In this document: one piece after another, positions 38,935-51,404 of the stretch | Layout: each line of letters opens with the position of its first letter | How positions within the stretch are numbered: the first letter of the stretch is position 1 | Source: Somniosus microcephalus | Lineage: Eukaryota | DNA length: 64,000 nucleotides | Assembly (NCBI GenBank): GCA_052327205.1 | Contig: CM126206.1 | Span: 165,044,001-165,108,000, forward strand | Direction: 5' to 3' | Made by a program: the position numbers and the translations under genes | The notes under the pieces: generated by a model | What the model was told of the DNA's origin: nothing | Database searches by the model: none | What the model saw: the letters and a program-made list of their open reading frames with translations, nothing else

Positions 38935-40047
38935 CATTGACAGCCGTGCCTCCAGCTAGCCACACTCACTCCACCATCCAATACAAGAGGCAACCTTTGT
39001 TGCCCCAGGCGGTTTGAATTCTTCAGCAGACAGATGTGCTAATTGGCATTGGCCTGTAGAAAGAGAGGTGCCTCAACATTTCTAAAAATATAAAACTGAC
39101 GCCAGAATTCTGATTTTCAAAAGTAAGCTCCAATTTTCCCCACTTTTTATATTATTAAGGTTTTTATTAACTTTCATCAGCAACAAGACTAAAACCATAA
39201 ATCCACCCCTGGTGCAACATTGTATTTGCTAATAAAAGTAAGTTAAACTTGTGTTAAATACTCTTCTTCCCTCTGCTGAAATGCTTCCTTGCTTCACCTA
39301 ATGATTGAAAGCCTGATCTTACAGCCCATCTGCAGTCGGGTCATTTTATTTTAAAAAGCGGATTCACGTACAGCTCAAAATTCACACAACCTAATTTCTC
39401 ATTTCCTCTCCTGAAATATGTCACTGCCATCTGACAGCAACAAAGTACTTTCTTGCTCACCTGTTGCAGGTAAAACTCGGCGACTCATTCACTTGTAACA
39501 GGTTTAATAAGATGACGTACATGTGGTTGTCTACCGATCTCTCCCACCGATTTTTAAAGCTTTGTCCGGCCCCATAGCGGTGGCTGGTGTACTGAGACTT
39601 GCCCCACTCCGAAATAACCCCACTCCGAAATGGCCCCGCTCAGACTTGCCCCACCGGGACCGCAGAGTTTCTGTAACACAGGCCCCCGGAACCATTGCGC
39701 CAAAGGAGAAGGAGGGACATGCTGTCCTCATCACCATGACAACCGGCTGAGTGTGGCTCCTCTACAGCTTCTGCCTGCAGCACGTGGAACTTCTCACAGG
39801 GCGACACGACCAACACATCACCCGTCTCCCTTATCATGTGGCCGCTGCTCCAACTCTTTTGTTAATTTCCAATTGGCTCTGAGGTCGCATAACGCGCAAA
39901 CTACTCTGACTGCATTCCGGGCGATTGTGTATTGGGCCCTTCCCCCGCTCTCTAGCTGTCTGGTTTTCCAGCTCTGCGCTGCATTTCAGTTGAACTGCGT
40001 GGCAGCTGAGGGGCGTGTGCGCAGCCGCGCACCTTAGAGGAGCAGTG
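38935..40047. mobile_element. Probable hAT-family fragment (one end only)
   Basis: End GCGCAGCCGCGCACCTTAGAGGAGCAGTG resembles the end of the hAT MITE at 58714-58871; other terminus not found. Confidence 0.35.
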
Positions 40048-40139
40048 CTTACAATACAAAATGGGGAAAACAGTGTGTGGATGTCACAGATCTCCATTTT
40101 AGCATCGTTCTTTCAGGACAAAATAATTTTAATAATTTG

Positions 40140-40455
40140 TTCTTGGAACGTAAGCAACACGGGAAAGGAAGCATTTAGTGCCCATCCCTAGTAACCCTGA
40201 GGGCATTTGGAGTCAACCACATAGTGTGCAACTGGAGTCACATGCAGGTCAGATTGGGTCGAGGTGGCAGGTTCCCTTCCCTGAGGACATACCAGTTTGG
40301 TTTGACAATTGGACCACTTTCTTGGTTATCTTTTCCTTGTACTAGCCCACGGATCAACAGATGTAGTGAATTCAATTTCACAAGCTGTCATGTTAGGATT
40401 TTGAACTAATAGCCTCTGGGTTGCTAGACCAGTACCATAATCACTAGGCTACTAT
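40140..40455 (-). mobile_element. Old tRNA-derived SINE with a tail shared with the Crack/L2-like LINE
   Basis: - strand head TAGCCTAGTG...GTTCAAAATCC; + strand GCATTTAGTGCCCATCCCTAGT matches the LINE tail GCATTTATTGCCCATCTCTAGT. Confidence 0.6.
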
Positions 40456-42354
40456 ACACTGTCATTGACCTAAAGGTGCCTCATATCTTTCTTCTATCAT
40501 ATTTAATATTAGCAATAACTATAATCTATATACAAATACAGAGGAGTCATTAAGTTTTCTTTGCCCTTTATGCAATAAAAACCTCTGTTCCTTGTACAAG
40601 GACATTGACCACATATAGGTTTAAAGATGAGACTGTGGTCCAATCCTTTCATTGAAAACGTCCTACTAAATTTTTCCTTGACTTCAATGGAAAATGATTT
40701 TCACAGCCAGTCCTTAACAGATTTTTGAAGGACTTAATGGATGGCACCACATGAAAAGTATACTACGACATGTAACTAACCCAACCATCTCACTCTTGAG
40801 CATCTTTCCAAGCAACAAAGCAGCCACCTTTCACGTCTGAGGAGATCTGTCTTTGCTGTCTTTGATTCACTGTGAAGGCAGTCACAGAAGTATGCTGTCT
40901 CCTGGAACCAGGTCTTCAGACAAGTTCAAGGATAAGATAGAGTTCTGCCAGTAGCAGTCTATGTGAACACTGCCTTGACTATACAACTAGTTCCTTCCAA
41001 GCAGCAGTAGGAGATATCTGCCAAATTTCACAAGCAGCAGTGCAGCAATGAATGAAGTTGGTGGATCACTCTGGATATTCCAACCCACGCATCAGTCGTG
41101 TTCCTTGCATCTGGGCTGATGTGCACAGGGAGCAAATCTAGTTTCTTTTAATGAGTTGAACTTGCAATTTCAGGTGGGGTCAACTCTCCTCACTCATTGT
41201 ATAGTGTGGCAGGAGCACATATTTGATTCCGTGAGCGTTGACTACTCTAGTCCAAGTGCTCATTTTTCATGACTGAACCAATTCTTCTGGTACGTGTCAT
41301 CAGGTTATTCATCAGGAGTGGGGCATCCACCTTCACTCAGTGTCCACATGTGAAATCTGGAGCAATTGCATAGTGATCAGGACTAGGAGCCTTTGCTGTT
41401 TATTTTTCCCTTCCCAGACCAGGGGCCAGTTGTAGCAACTCCACTGCTCCTGCATCTGAAATCAGCTAGTTCCTAACAAATCTAGAATTGAACCAGGAAT
41501 CTTCATGCTGTTATAAAAACAGAAACATGCTGTTGTGTGGCTCAGTTGCACACTTGGTAGTGCATTTACCAATTGAGCCATTGGAACGGGTTGGTTCTTT
41601 TAAGAAAACCATGATTACCCATTACAAATCTATCATCATAAAGCAGGGTTATTTATTTTTTAAGTGAGACAGAGAAAGATGTTACACTTTTTCACAAGAA
41701 ACAGCACTGTAGTTGGATCCGAGAATAACAGCTATGTTCTATTACTGTCGAGGATAGGATGGCCTCTCGCCTCTCATGATGAAAGAGCACCAGCTCTTCA
41801 ATCTCAGTCTGCCACTGCAATCTCTATAGCTTCAGGCAATACACCAGCTAATATACAGTTTTAAATTACATACGTAGAGACAAACAAGACACAATCTGGT
41901 CCTTCAGTTGTGGTAAAAGGCCAGTAAATTGAACCCTCCTCACCTGTCTTACAATAAAGATTCAACAAAAGACATTGTCCACCAACAAATGAGTGGGTAA
42001 CAGCATACACAGGTTATGTACAACTTGGGGAAATGTTCCAAACCATCAGAAAATCATTCAACATCAACAAGATTATTGAGATTTCAGCCTCAGCAGAAAT
42101 AAGCAATACAAGGAGGGTAAAATTACAAAGATGCACTGCAGTTGTGTAATTGTAAGATAGCAGAAGGACAGGGGAGTTAATTTCCTCTTACTGCACTGAG
42201 AGTGCATGAAATGAAAATTTATTTTTTTCTCATTTATTTTTCCCCCAAGTGCAGGCTTGAATGGAGGACAGGTCAGCGGTAAGGTAGCCTTATGCATGCC
42301 TCCATGCTGAGCATGAGGGAGCACCTCAATAAAATGTGCATGTTAGGAGTGAAA

Positions 42355-42824
42355 GGGCGCAAAATTCGGCTGCTTTGCGACTGCCGTTAGTGCCTCCATG
42401 GGGTGCAAATGGGTTTTCGCCCAGGCGCGGTGATATTAGCGTCCCTTGCTAAATTGGGCTGGGTTTTTGCGACGGCGCTAAGAGTTAGCACCCCGCTCCT
42501 GTAGGTAATGCCTCGCTCAGCCGTGCCCGGCGATGATGATGTTGTCAACGTGTGCAGCACCCCGTTAGCTGCAGCTTGAAATTACCTCCCCATTAAGAGC
42601 TGGAATAAGCTCGAGTCAAGGCTTGAAGGCTGATTGCTGAACGCAAGTCATCTGAAATTGGGTAGTGCTCTGACAATAGCGCCCCTGCAGCGCTCCACTC
42701 AGACCATTACCGCCCCGCTCCATTCCTGGGGTGAAAACGCCCAATTTTGCAACATTTTTCAATGGATTTTGACAGGCGCTAACTTTTCAAAAAGTTAAAA
42801 GTTAGCGCCCCAAATATTTACCCC
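42355..42824. mobile_element. Harbinger-type MITE with TAGCGCC subterminal repeats
   Basis: Ends GGGCGCAAAATTCGG / CCAAATATTTACCCC; related to 49077-49733. Confidence 0.6.
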
Positions 42825-43249
42825 ATCTTACATAGGAAATGTAATGAAATGTTTAAAAGGAAAAATCTGCAAATGATAGCCATCTGAAATAAAAAATGGA
42901 AATACACAGCATCTGAAATAAAGAAAATGGGTTGTTGATGATGGGCCTCGCTGAAGTAGTAAAGAGTCTTTTCAGTTGCTGTTTGACCTGTTGTGTTTCC
43001 AACATTTTCTGCATTTATTTTCACTGGAATTAAATAGGGCTTATCATATGGAAGCTGTCTTACAAGTTTGGGTACATAGTTTCATGATATTTATAGACTT
43101 ATTACTATGTTGTACTGGAAATAAATAAAAAGTAACAAAGTATGGAAGTATTCCTGAACTAACAACATTAACCAATTCCAGTGCTCAGTTGGGAAAAGGC
43201 TCTTCGACACATAATAATTTATTAATACATCTCATGCTCAGGCTTCCTT

Positions 43250-45060
43250 TTTGACTCTTCCGATGCCCTCCGCCACTTTAACAGTTTCCAGTTTCCTGGC
43301 CCCAACCGCCTCCTTTTCACCATGGACGTACAATCCCTCTACACCTCCATCCCCCACCAGGATGGCCTGAGGGCGTTCCGCTTCTTTGTTGAACAGAGGC
43401 CCAACCAGTCCCCATCCACCACCACCCTCCTCCGCCTGGCTGAACTTGTTCTCACATTGAACAACTTCTCCTTTGACTCCACTCATTTCCTCCAAATCAA
43501 AGGTGTTGCTATTGGTACCCGCATGGGTCCTAGCTATGCCTGCCTTTTTGTGGGATATGTGGAACATTCTTTGTTCCAGTCCTACTCGGGCCCCCTCCCT
43601 CACCTCTTTTTCCAGTACATTGATGATTGTATTGGTGCCGTTTCCTGCTCTCGCCCTGAACTAGACAATTTCATTCACTTTGCCTCCAATTTCCACCCTT
43701 CCCTCACCTTCACATGGTCCATCTCCAACTCTTCCCTTCCCTTCCTTGACTTCTCCATCTCCATCTCTGGGGATAGGTTATTGACCAACATTCAGTACAA
43801 CCCCATTGACTCCCACAGCTACCTGGACTACACTTCCTCCCACCCCGCCTCCTGTAAGGACTCTATTCCATTCTTGCAGTTTCTCCGTCTCCGCTGCATC
43901 TGCTCTGACGATGCCACCTTACACACCAGTGCTAACGACATGTCTTCCTTTTTCCTCAACCGAGGATTCCCCTCTACCGTGGTTGACACGGCCCTCGACC
44001 GTGTCCGTTCTATCTCCCGCACTTCTGCCCTCACCCCTGCCCCTCACTCCCGGAACCACGATAGGGTTCCCCTTGTCACCACCTTTCACCCCACCAGCCT
44101 CCACATTCAACGGATCATTCTTCACCATTTCCGCCACCTCCAACATGATCCAACCACCAAACGCAACTTCCCCTCCCCTCCCCTTTCAGCATTCCGTAGG
44201 GACCGTTCCCTCCGACACCCTAGTCCACTCCTCTATCACCCCCAGCACCCCTTCCCCTTTGCCCGGCACCTTCCCATGCAAGTGCAGGAGATGCAACACC
44301 TGCCCTTATACCTCCCCCCTCCCCACTGTCCAGGGCCCCAAACACCCCTTCCAGGTGAAACAGCGATTTACTTGTACTTCTTGCAATCTAGTATACTGTA
44401 TTCGCTGCTCACGATGTGGTCGCCTCTACATTGGGGAGACCAAACGCAGATTGGGTGACCGCTTTGCGGAACACCTCCGTTCAGTCCGTAAGGGTGACCC
44501 TGAGCTTCCGGTCGCCTGTCATTTTAATTCACCGCCCCATTCCCATTCAGACCTCACCGTCCTCGGGCTCTTGCATTGTTCCATGGAAACCCAGCGTAAG
44601 CTCGAGGAACAGCATCTCATCTTCCGATTAGGCACTTTACAGCCTTCCGGACTCAATATCGAGTTCAACAATTTCAGATCATAACCTCAGCCCCTATTAC
44701 ATTTTTATGGAAATTTTTTATCCACACCTTTGTTTTGTGCCCTGCCCCCTTTTTTCCTCTCCCACATGGCAGCTGTCTCTCATTCTGCCAGGCAATTTCA
44801 CACCTCATCTAGAGCCGTCTTTTGTCTCTCCACTAGTCCTATCACCATCTCGTCTTGTTTTGAATACCTCTTAATGTCTCTTCACTTCTCTTTTGTTCTT
44901 TCATCCCCATTTCCCAGCCCCCAAACTGGCCTTTTAATCTGTTTCATTTCTTGTGTTTTTTCAGTCCTGACGAAGGGTTTCGACCTGAAACGTTGACTCT
45001 ATTTTTCTCTCCACGGATGTTGCCTGGCCTGCTGAGTTTCTCCAGCATTTTCTGTTGTTA
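43250..45060 (+). mobile_element. Penelope-like (Poseidon-type) retroelement, 5'-truncated: RT, GIY-YIG (one frameshift near 44215) and pLTR
   Basis: TMDVQSLYTSIP, QIKGVAIGTRMGPSYA, FQYIDD; NLVYCIRCSRCGRLYIGETKRRLGDRFAEH...EQHLIFRLGTLQPSGLN*. Confidence 0.94.
44963..44998 (+). ncRNA. Minimal type I hammerhead ribozyme motif
   Basis: AGTC-CTGACGA-AGGGT(TTCG)ACCT-GAAAC-GT-T-GACT; stem I AGTC/GACT, UUCG-capped stem II, palindromic AACGTT in place of stem III. Confidence 0.75.
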
Positions 45061-45516
45061 TTCCTTTTTGAGTTCCCAATTTGAATACATGCATTGTATG
45101 AAAAAGTCTAGTTCAATTATGTCATACAGGTTCAGTATCAGCAGGTGCAGTAAATTTTGACAGCTCTGTTAGATTCCCCAATTTACACTCCGTTCAAATA
45201 AGACTGTATGGGGAGTGGAGTCTCGTAATTCCATCGCATCAGTCACACATGGCCACTAGGGTGAGGTACCAGAGGGGTGCGGACAACTGTGGAACTGTAC
45301 TGCAGCAAGAATCACTGCCTTCAAGAGAAGAAGGGAGAAAAGATGACCAAAAACACATTCCTGGGAGCATGTTTCTGGCCTACATACTTTCTTGGGCATA
45401 GGGGGTATCTAGGAGAAAATGAAGGGGAAATGTTCATTAAAAGGAGGAGAATAAAACATTTTTCACTGAGAAAGTAGTAAAAAAAAACTTATATTAATTT
45501 GTCTTTTTCCCCATAG

Positions 45517-45614
45517 AAAGTCTTTCTAAGAATGTTTGTATCATCACTGGAATGCAGGAAGAACTAATTCAATTGGGCTACTTACTACAAGAGGCTTTGC
45601 AACTGGTGATGAAG
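45517..45614 (+). CDS. CRPPA: CRPPA/ISPD internal exon, equivalent to human exon 6
   Basis: ttttccccatAG|AAAGTC...ATGAAG|GTCAGT; 98 bp, phase 1/0 compatible with the previous exon; (E)SLSKNVCIITGMQEELIQLGYLLQEALQLVMK aligns to human [33 protein letters not shown]. Confidence 0.9.
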
Positions 45615-46782
45615 GTCAGTCAAATTTAGTGTTTGTGAAACATTGTGACATGTTATGTATTCATTCTTTACATACTGAATTGCTTGTCACACTGTAGTAC
45701 GGCTTATAGCATCAAAATGGTCCCATGATCCATTGAATGTCACAGCCACACCATGAGCCACTGAATCTCACCCTATTTCACATGAATGGGCCAGCTGTAT
45801 GTACATCATTAAGCATAGTCTTGTATTGCTCCACCATTGTAGAAATACATTGTAGCATGAAAGCAAGTTTCTTCTTTGTCAAAACACTGCTAAATAATAA
45901 TAAACGCATGCCTAGTGTATAAATGGAATATATGTGACGGCAGAGTATTTAATTAAGATGTATCTAGTTTGTGAGTTGACAGTTGTAACTCTTTGATGAC
46001 TATGCTCTTATTGTTGACTGGTCACTTGTTAAATGTTGTGCATCGAGTACCACATTGTTACACATACGAGGGTAGAAAGCCTGGTGACGCCATTGTGCTG
46101 CAGGAGGTCCTGCTGCTTTGATCCTACTATGATCCTGTCCTAAATCCTGGGGGCGGGGCTATTGCCATTCTGCGCGTTGGCACCTGCGCCTGTAGTGGCG
46201 CTACAGAGGCATCCACCCAGCATAAGTGCCAGAATCTCAGAACGGCACCTTGTCACTTTGAGAGACAGAGAGAGCCACAGGTTGGTCTGGCTGAAGAGGA
46301 AAAAGTAGGCAAATATTCTTCTTCGTCGCTTCCTCGTAGGCCCAGCAGTTAAAATGGCAGCAGGCGGGATCACACTGGTAACGGAGAGGGAAGCATGGCA
46401 CTGCCATTTTAACCACTCATTCCTGTCAGGCGGGCAGTGTTATAGTTGGCCATGACAAGTTTTGGACATTTTGAAAGTACATCTTCATGTAGTGGGATAT
46501 ATTCGCAGTGCTAATTGCCTAATTATTATGCCAAAATCATATTGGTAAAGAAACTGATTTATGAAAAGACACCAACTTTTTATAATATACATATAGTTTC
46601 AGAGCAAAAATAGCCAGCTTTATGCACATCCCTCCAATTTTTTGCTTGAATTTTCAAAGATTAGCTCACAGTTATCAATTTGCATTAGTGCTGTTAATAA
46701 AGCAGAACATATAATTTAATATTTAAACACACCATTAAAACTACACATAGAGACTGAAATTATATTCTGTGAATACTAGTGG

Positions 46783-47325
46783 GACATAGGAACAGGAGTA
46801 GGACATTCAGCCCCTCATGCCTATTCCGACATTCAATTAGATCATGGCGTACCTGTACCTCAGCTCCATTGACCCACCTTTGATCCACATCCCCCGATAC
46901 ACTTACCCAACAAAACTCTGTTGATCTCAGTTTTGAAATTTAAATTGACGCATAACCCTTAGCCTTTTGGGGCGAGAAATCCAGATTTCTACTACCCTTT
47001 GTGTGAAAAAGTGCTTCCTTACTTCATTCCAAAATGATCTAGCTCTAATTTTACGATTTTGCCCCCTTGTTCTGGATTTCCCCCACCGGAGAAAATAGTT
47101 TTTCTGTATACCCTATTGAATCTATTTATCATTTAAAATACTTTGATTAGATCGCCCCTCAACCGTCTAACCTCAAGGCAATATAAGCCAAATTTATGCA
47201 ACCGATTGTCATAATTTAATCCTTTAAGCCCTGTTATAATTTTGGTGAATCTGCGCTGCATCCCTTCCAAGGCCAGTATATCTTTCCTGAAGTTTGGTGC
47301 CCAGAACTGAATGCAGTACTCCATT
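46783..47325 (-). mobile_element. Old CR1 3' fragment
   Basis: MEYCIQFWAPNFRKDILALEGMQRRFTK...RRLRGDLIKVF; CR1 3' UTR. Confidence 0.85.
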
Positions 47326-48417
47326 GAGCAGACATTTAATGCGTTCTTATGGCATTCCTTGTTTCTTATTTTGATGGAGATGCTAATCCATTTTTACTAG
47401 GCAGGTTAACAGTCCTATGTTAATATTTGTAATTTCAAGACAATATTAACAGTCTCTTTTTGCTAATGACTAAGGTTCACTAGTTGACTATTTGAGCTGT
47501 ATTCTAGGAGCTCTTTGTCCCGTGGGCTAATACTTACTGAGGCTTGACTAAGAATGCTCACTTCAGTAGTGACCATTGATAGTCATGGTTGACAGCACGA
47601 CAGAAATTGTCACGCTTAGCCGTAGTTTACATTTCAGCTTCCGGAAAGCAATATAGCTTCAATATTTTTTTTTTTTTAAATAGATATATATATTATGTTT
47701 TCTGCATCAGCAACCTAGCCAGTGTGCGCTGAGTTTAGAACCACACATTCGCCAGGAATTTCTTCGGATCTTCTCCCGCTCTGCCACCATAACTTTGGCA
47801 GAAATTCAGCAGTAAACCCTGATGCGAAGCGGCAGACATCCTGAAGAACTTCCTGGTAATTGTTTCCATATGCTGTCAGTTTCGAAGGACTGTACATTAT
47901 ACTTATAAGTGCGTTCTGGAGAATAAGTTCCTAGTAGCCTGGAGTTTAGTTTGCATCCGGGAATTTAGATGGCTCATTTGCGATCAGTTTTTGTAGTTTC
48001 ATTTAAATTGTGCTTAAATCCAGAAGCTATTTAATAGCAAATAAATTCACTTGCTACCAAACCACACATTCCTTCATTTAGGATGAATTATGTTGATTTT
48101 GCAAACTGCATGCCATCCTTGTCTGAGAAATTACTTGCAAAAGCAGATGTAAGATTAATTCTCTCAGTTTGTCATAATTTTCTGTGAATCTGCATTTTGT
48201 AATACACTTATCGACAGAATTGAATCTGAGTATGTAGATTATATTGTTGGCGCCCACCATGTCCGATATATATTGCGTTAAACATCATGGGGGTAGATCT
48301 TGATATTGTGCGATAGTGTAAAACAGATAAAAGTGAGTTGGCAGCTCATTTTATATCTCTCACGATTTTTATTTCCATTGAAGTCAGATGCAAACAAAAA
48401 TTGAGAGATGTAAAATG

Positions 48418-50136
48418 GACATTCGATAAGGTGCCACACAAGAGGTTGTTAAACAAAATTAGGGCTTATGGGATTGGGGATAATATACTAACATGGATAG
48501 AGGATTGGTACCGCAAGGATCAGTGCTTGGGCCACAGTTATTCACAATCTATATCAATGACTTGGATGAGGGGACCAAATGTAATATATCCAAGTTTGCT
48601 GATGATACAAAGCTAGGTGGGAATGTAAGTTGTGAGGAGGATGCAAAGAGGCTACAAGGGGATCTAGACAGGTTAAGCAAGTGGGCAAGAAGATGGCAAA
48701 TGGAATATAATTTGGAGAAATGTGAAGTTTTGGTAGGAAAAATAGAAAAGCAGAGTTTTTTAAATGGTTAGAGATTTGGAAATGTTGGTGTTCAGAGGGA
48801 CCTGGAAGCTAATATGCAGGTACAGCAAGCAATTAGGAAAGCAAATGGCATGTTGGCCTTTATTACAAAAGGATTTGAGCATAAGAGTAAAGACGTCTTA
48901 CTGCAATTATACAGGGCCTTGGTGAGACCACACCTGGAGTATTGTGTTCAGTTTTGGTCTCCTTACCTAAGGAAGGATATACTTGCTATAGAGGGAGTGC
49001 AACAAAGGTTCACCAGACTGGTTCCTGGGATGGGGGGATTGTCTTATGAGGAGAGATTGAGTAGACTAGGCCTATAAGGGGAAGAATTCAGTTGTTTGCG
49101 CCTCCCGTTAGCGCCTTAAGAGGGCGCCAATTGGGGCGCAAAGCAACTAGCGCCCGGGCGGGAAATTAACTAGACACTTTGCGGCGGCGTTAAACACTAC
49201 CACCACGATCTCCTGCGCCGGCAGATCGTGACGTCAGTTGAGCGCGCAACGCCCCGTTAGCGCCCCGGACCGGACATTGAGTGGCGCCCCCTCCCTTACC
49301 GCCTGCCGCTAGCAACGACAGGTTCAGGGGAGCGTTATGCTGTCAGAAAGGGACTAGGGGAGCCCTATTTAAAGGCGACCGCTTCCTGCCTTTTTTTATC
49401 GGTGACATTTTTGCACCACACATTCTGAGAGAGAGAGAGAGAGACTTCTGGAGAGATTCAACGCTGTGTGGAGGAGTTTTGAATGCTGAGCAGCACTTTG
49501 CAGGTTTATTTTGATTTGCCCTTCCTTGCTTCGCCAGTGCTCTGAGGTAGCACCTCGCTCCTCGGCCTTTGCGCCTTAAGACAGGTGTGAAGTGCCTGAT
49601 TTAGCGCTCCAATCACCTCCAGTGGCGATAAAAGCCAAGTTTGCTGTCGGAGACGATAATTAGCGCCAGGCGCTAAACTTTGCACACGGCCAATAATGGC
49701 GCCCCAAACGGGGCGATACTGAATATTTCCCCCATAGTCTCTAGAGTTTAGAAAAATGAGAGGTGATCTCATTGAAAAATACAAAATTCTTACAGGGCTT
49801 GACAGGTAGATGCAGGGAGGATGTTACCCCTGGCTGAGGAGTCTAGAACCAGGGTTCGCAGTCTCAGAATAAGGGGTCGGCCATTTAGGACTGAGATGAG
49901 GAGAAATTTCTTCATTCAGAGGGTCGTGAATCTTGGGAATTCTCTACCCCAGAGGGCTATGGATGCTCAGTGGTTGAGTATATTCAAGACAGAGATCGAT
50001 AGATTTTTGAATATTAAGGGAATCCTGGGATATGGGGATAATGCAGGAAAGTGGAGTTGAAGTAGAAGATCAGCCATGATCTTATTGCTTGAAGGGCTGA
50101 ATGACCTACTCCTGCTCCTATTTCTTATGTTCTTAT
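48418..50136 (+). mobile_element. CR1 3' fragment with internal deletions, split by a Harbinger MITE
   Basis: [39 protein letters not shown]; resumes at 49737; tail TTCTTATGTTCTTATG. Confidence 0.9.
49077..49733. mobile_element. Harbinger non-autonomous element (657 bp)
   Basis: TIRs AGGGGAAGAATTCAG / CTGAATATTTCCCCC; exact TSD ATA; removal restores CR1 coding LGL-YSLEFR. Confidence 0.88.
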
Positions 50137-51404
50137 GGTGTGGTGGTTCTTAGTTTCCATAAGTGAATTTATGACAGAAGCAGTGGTTTTCTGAAAATAT
50201 CAATTAATTCTAATAGGTGGTTGTATCTAATTAATTATAATCCTGTTGCAGCTTTCAAACAGTAAAACGGCCTGCCCACATTAGCTATAAGTTGATTTCA
50301 GAGCTGGCATAAACAAACTGCGTAATTTGGTAAACCCTGCAAAAGGCATTTGGCTTAATCGTTGGTATCTTCCTTTTGAAGGAGAAATTAGTCGGATGGG
50401 AAGTGAGGGAAAGTGAGCAACATCATAAAGCATCTGCCAGTAAAAATATTTCTGATAGACAATAATGTCGTTTGCATATGCCTTTCAGCTCAAAATGCAA
50501 TCATTATATTTAAAATTATTCTGAGAGGTAGAAATAGAGAGAAGAATTGGCAGAAGACTTTGGCAGGGAGACAGGTTGAATGCCATTCAGTGTAGCCAGG
50601 GAAAGGGTGGGTATCCTTGAGATTAAAGCCAATTTGACAGCTTTATGTTGGAGGAATTGAAGGCTTTCCCCTGACTTTAACATTATTTTTAAATTCCAAA
50701 AAAAGCCACCGAATCCCCAAGTTACACATGCATTTTTCCAATAAATCATCTTGAAATGTAGAGTTAAAACTGTCAACATCTGGAAAAAGAAGAATGTAAG
50801 TGGAAGCAAAATGTAAAAACCACTCAGTCATTGCTGATGAAGCTTTGACAGTTTGACACAACTATTGACTGATCTGGACCACATTTCTGTACTTGTTTTG
50901 CATCTTGGCAAATCGCTTCGCAGCCCTGACTCAAATCATGCTCATTTGTGCATAGATCAATGTAGCAATGCACGAAACATTGGAAAAAATAATGGATGGT
51001 CAGGAAGTGAATTACAGGCATATATGGAGGCCCTCTAATTGGTTCTAGGGCTGGTGTGCTTGAGTGACTACATCACTCATGCACATACTTGTCTTCAAAT
51101 CCGACTGGGACTGCAGGCACGTCTGACAAATTCACCCCTGAGCATCCATTATTCAACATCTTTGAAGCCACATAGTTTGCATTTGCTTTGGTAACATTTT
51201 ATATTGAATAATAATGTATAATTTAGTTTTACTAGGACAAAACACTTGAAGGCAAAAATACTGAGCATTGTTTTGAGGGGGCCCCCATGAGATCCATTAA
51301 GGGTGATTTTCATATAATCAGTTGTTTGAGTTTCAACTTGAATTTTGGATATAGACTTTATGCTTCATTTTGCTATATTTATACTTTTTGTGTTACATAT
51401 GATT

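Noticed and set aside
42925-43025. Fourth hammerhead in a decayed Penelope repeat
   Set aside because: Core nucleotides are mutated (TTGATGA...GAAGT) and stem I cannot be formed convincingly.
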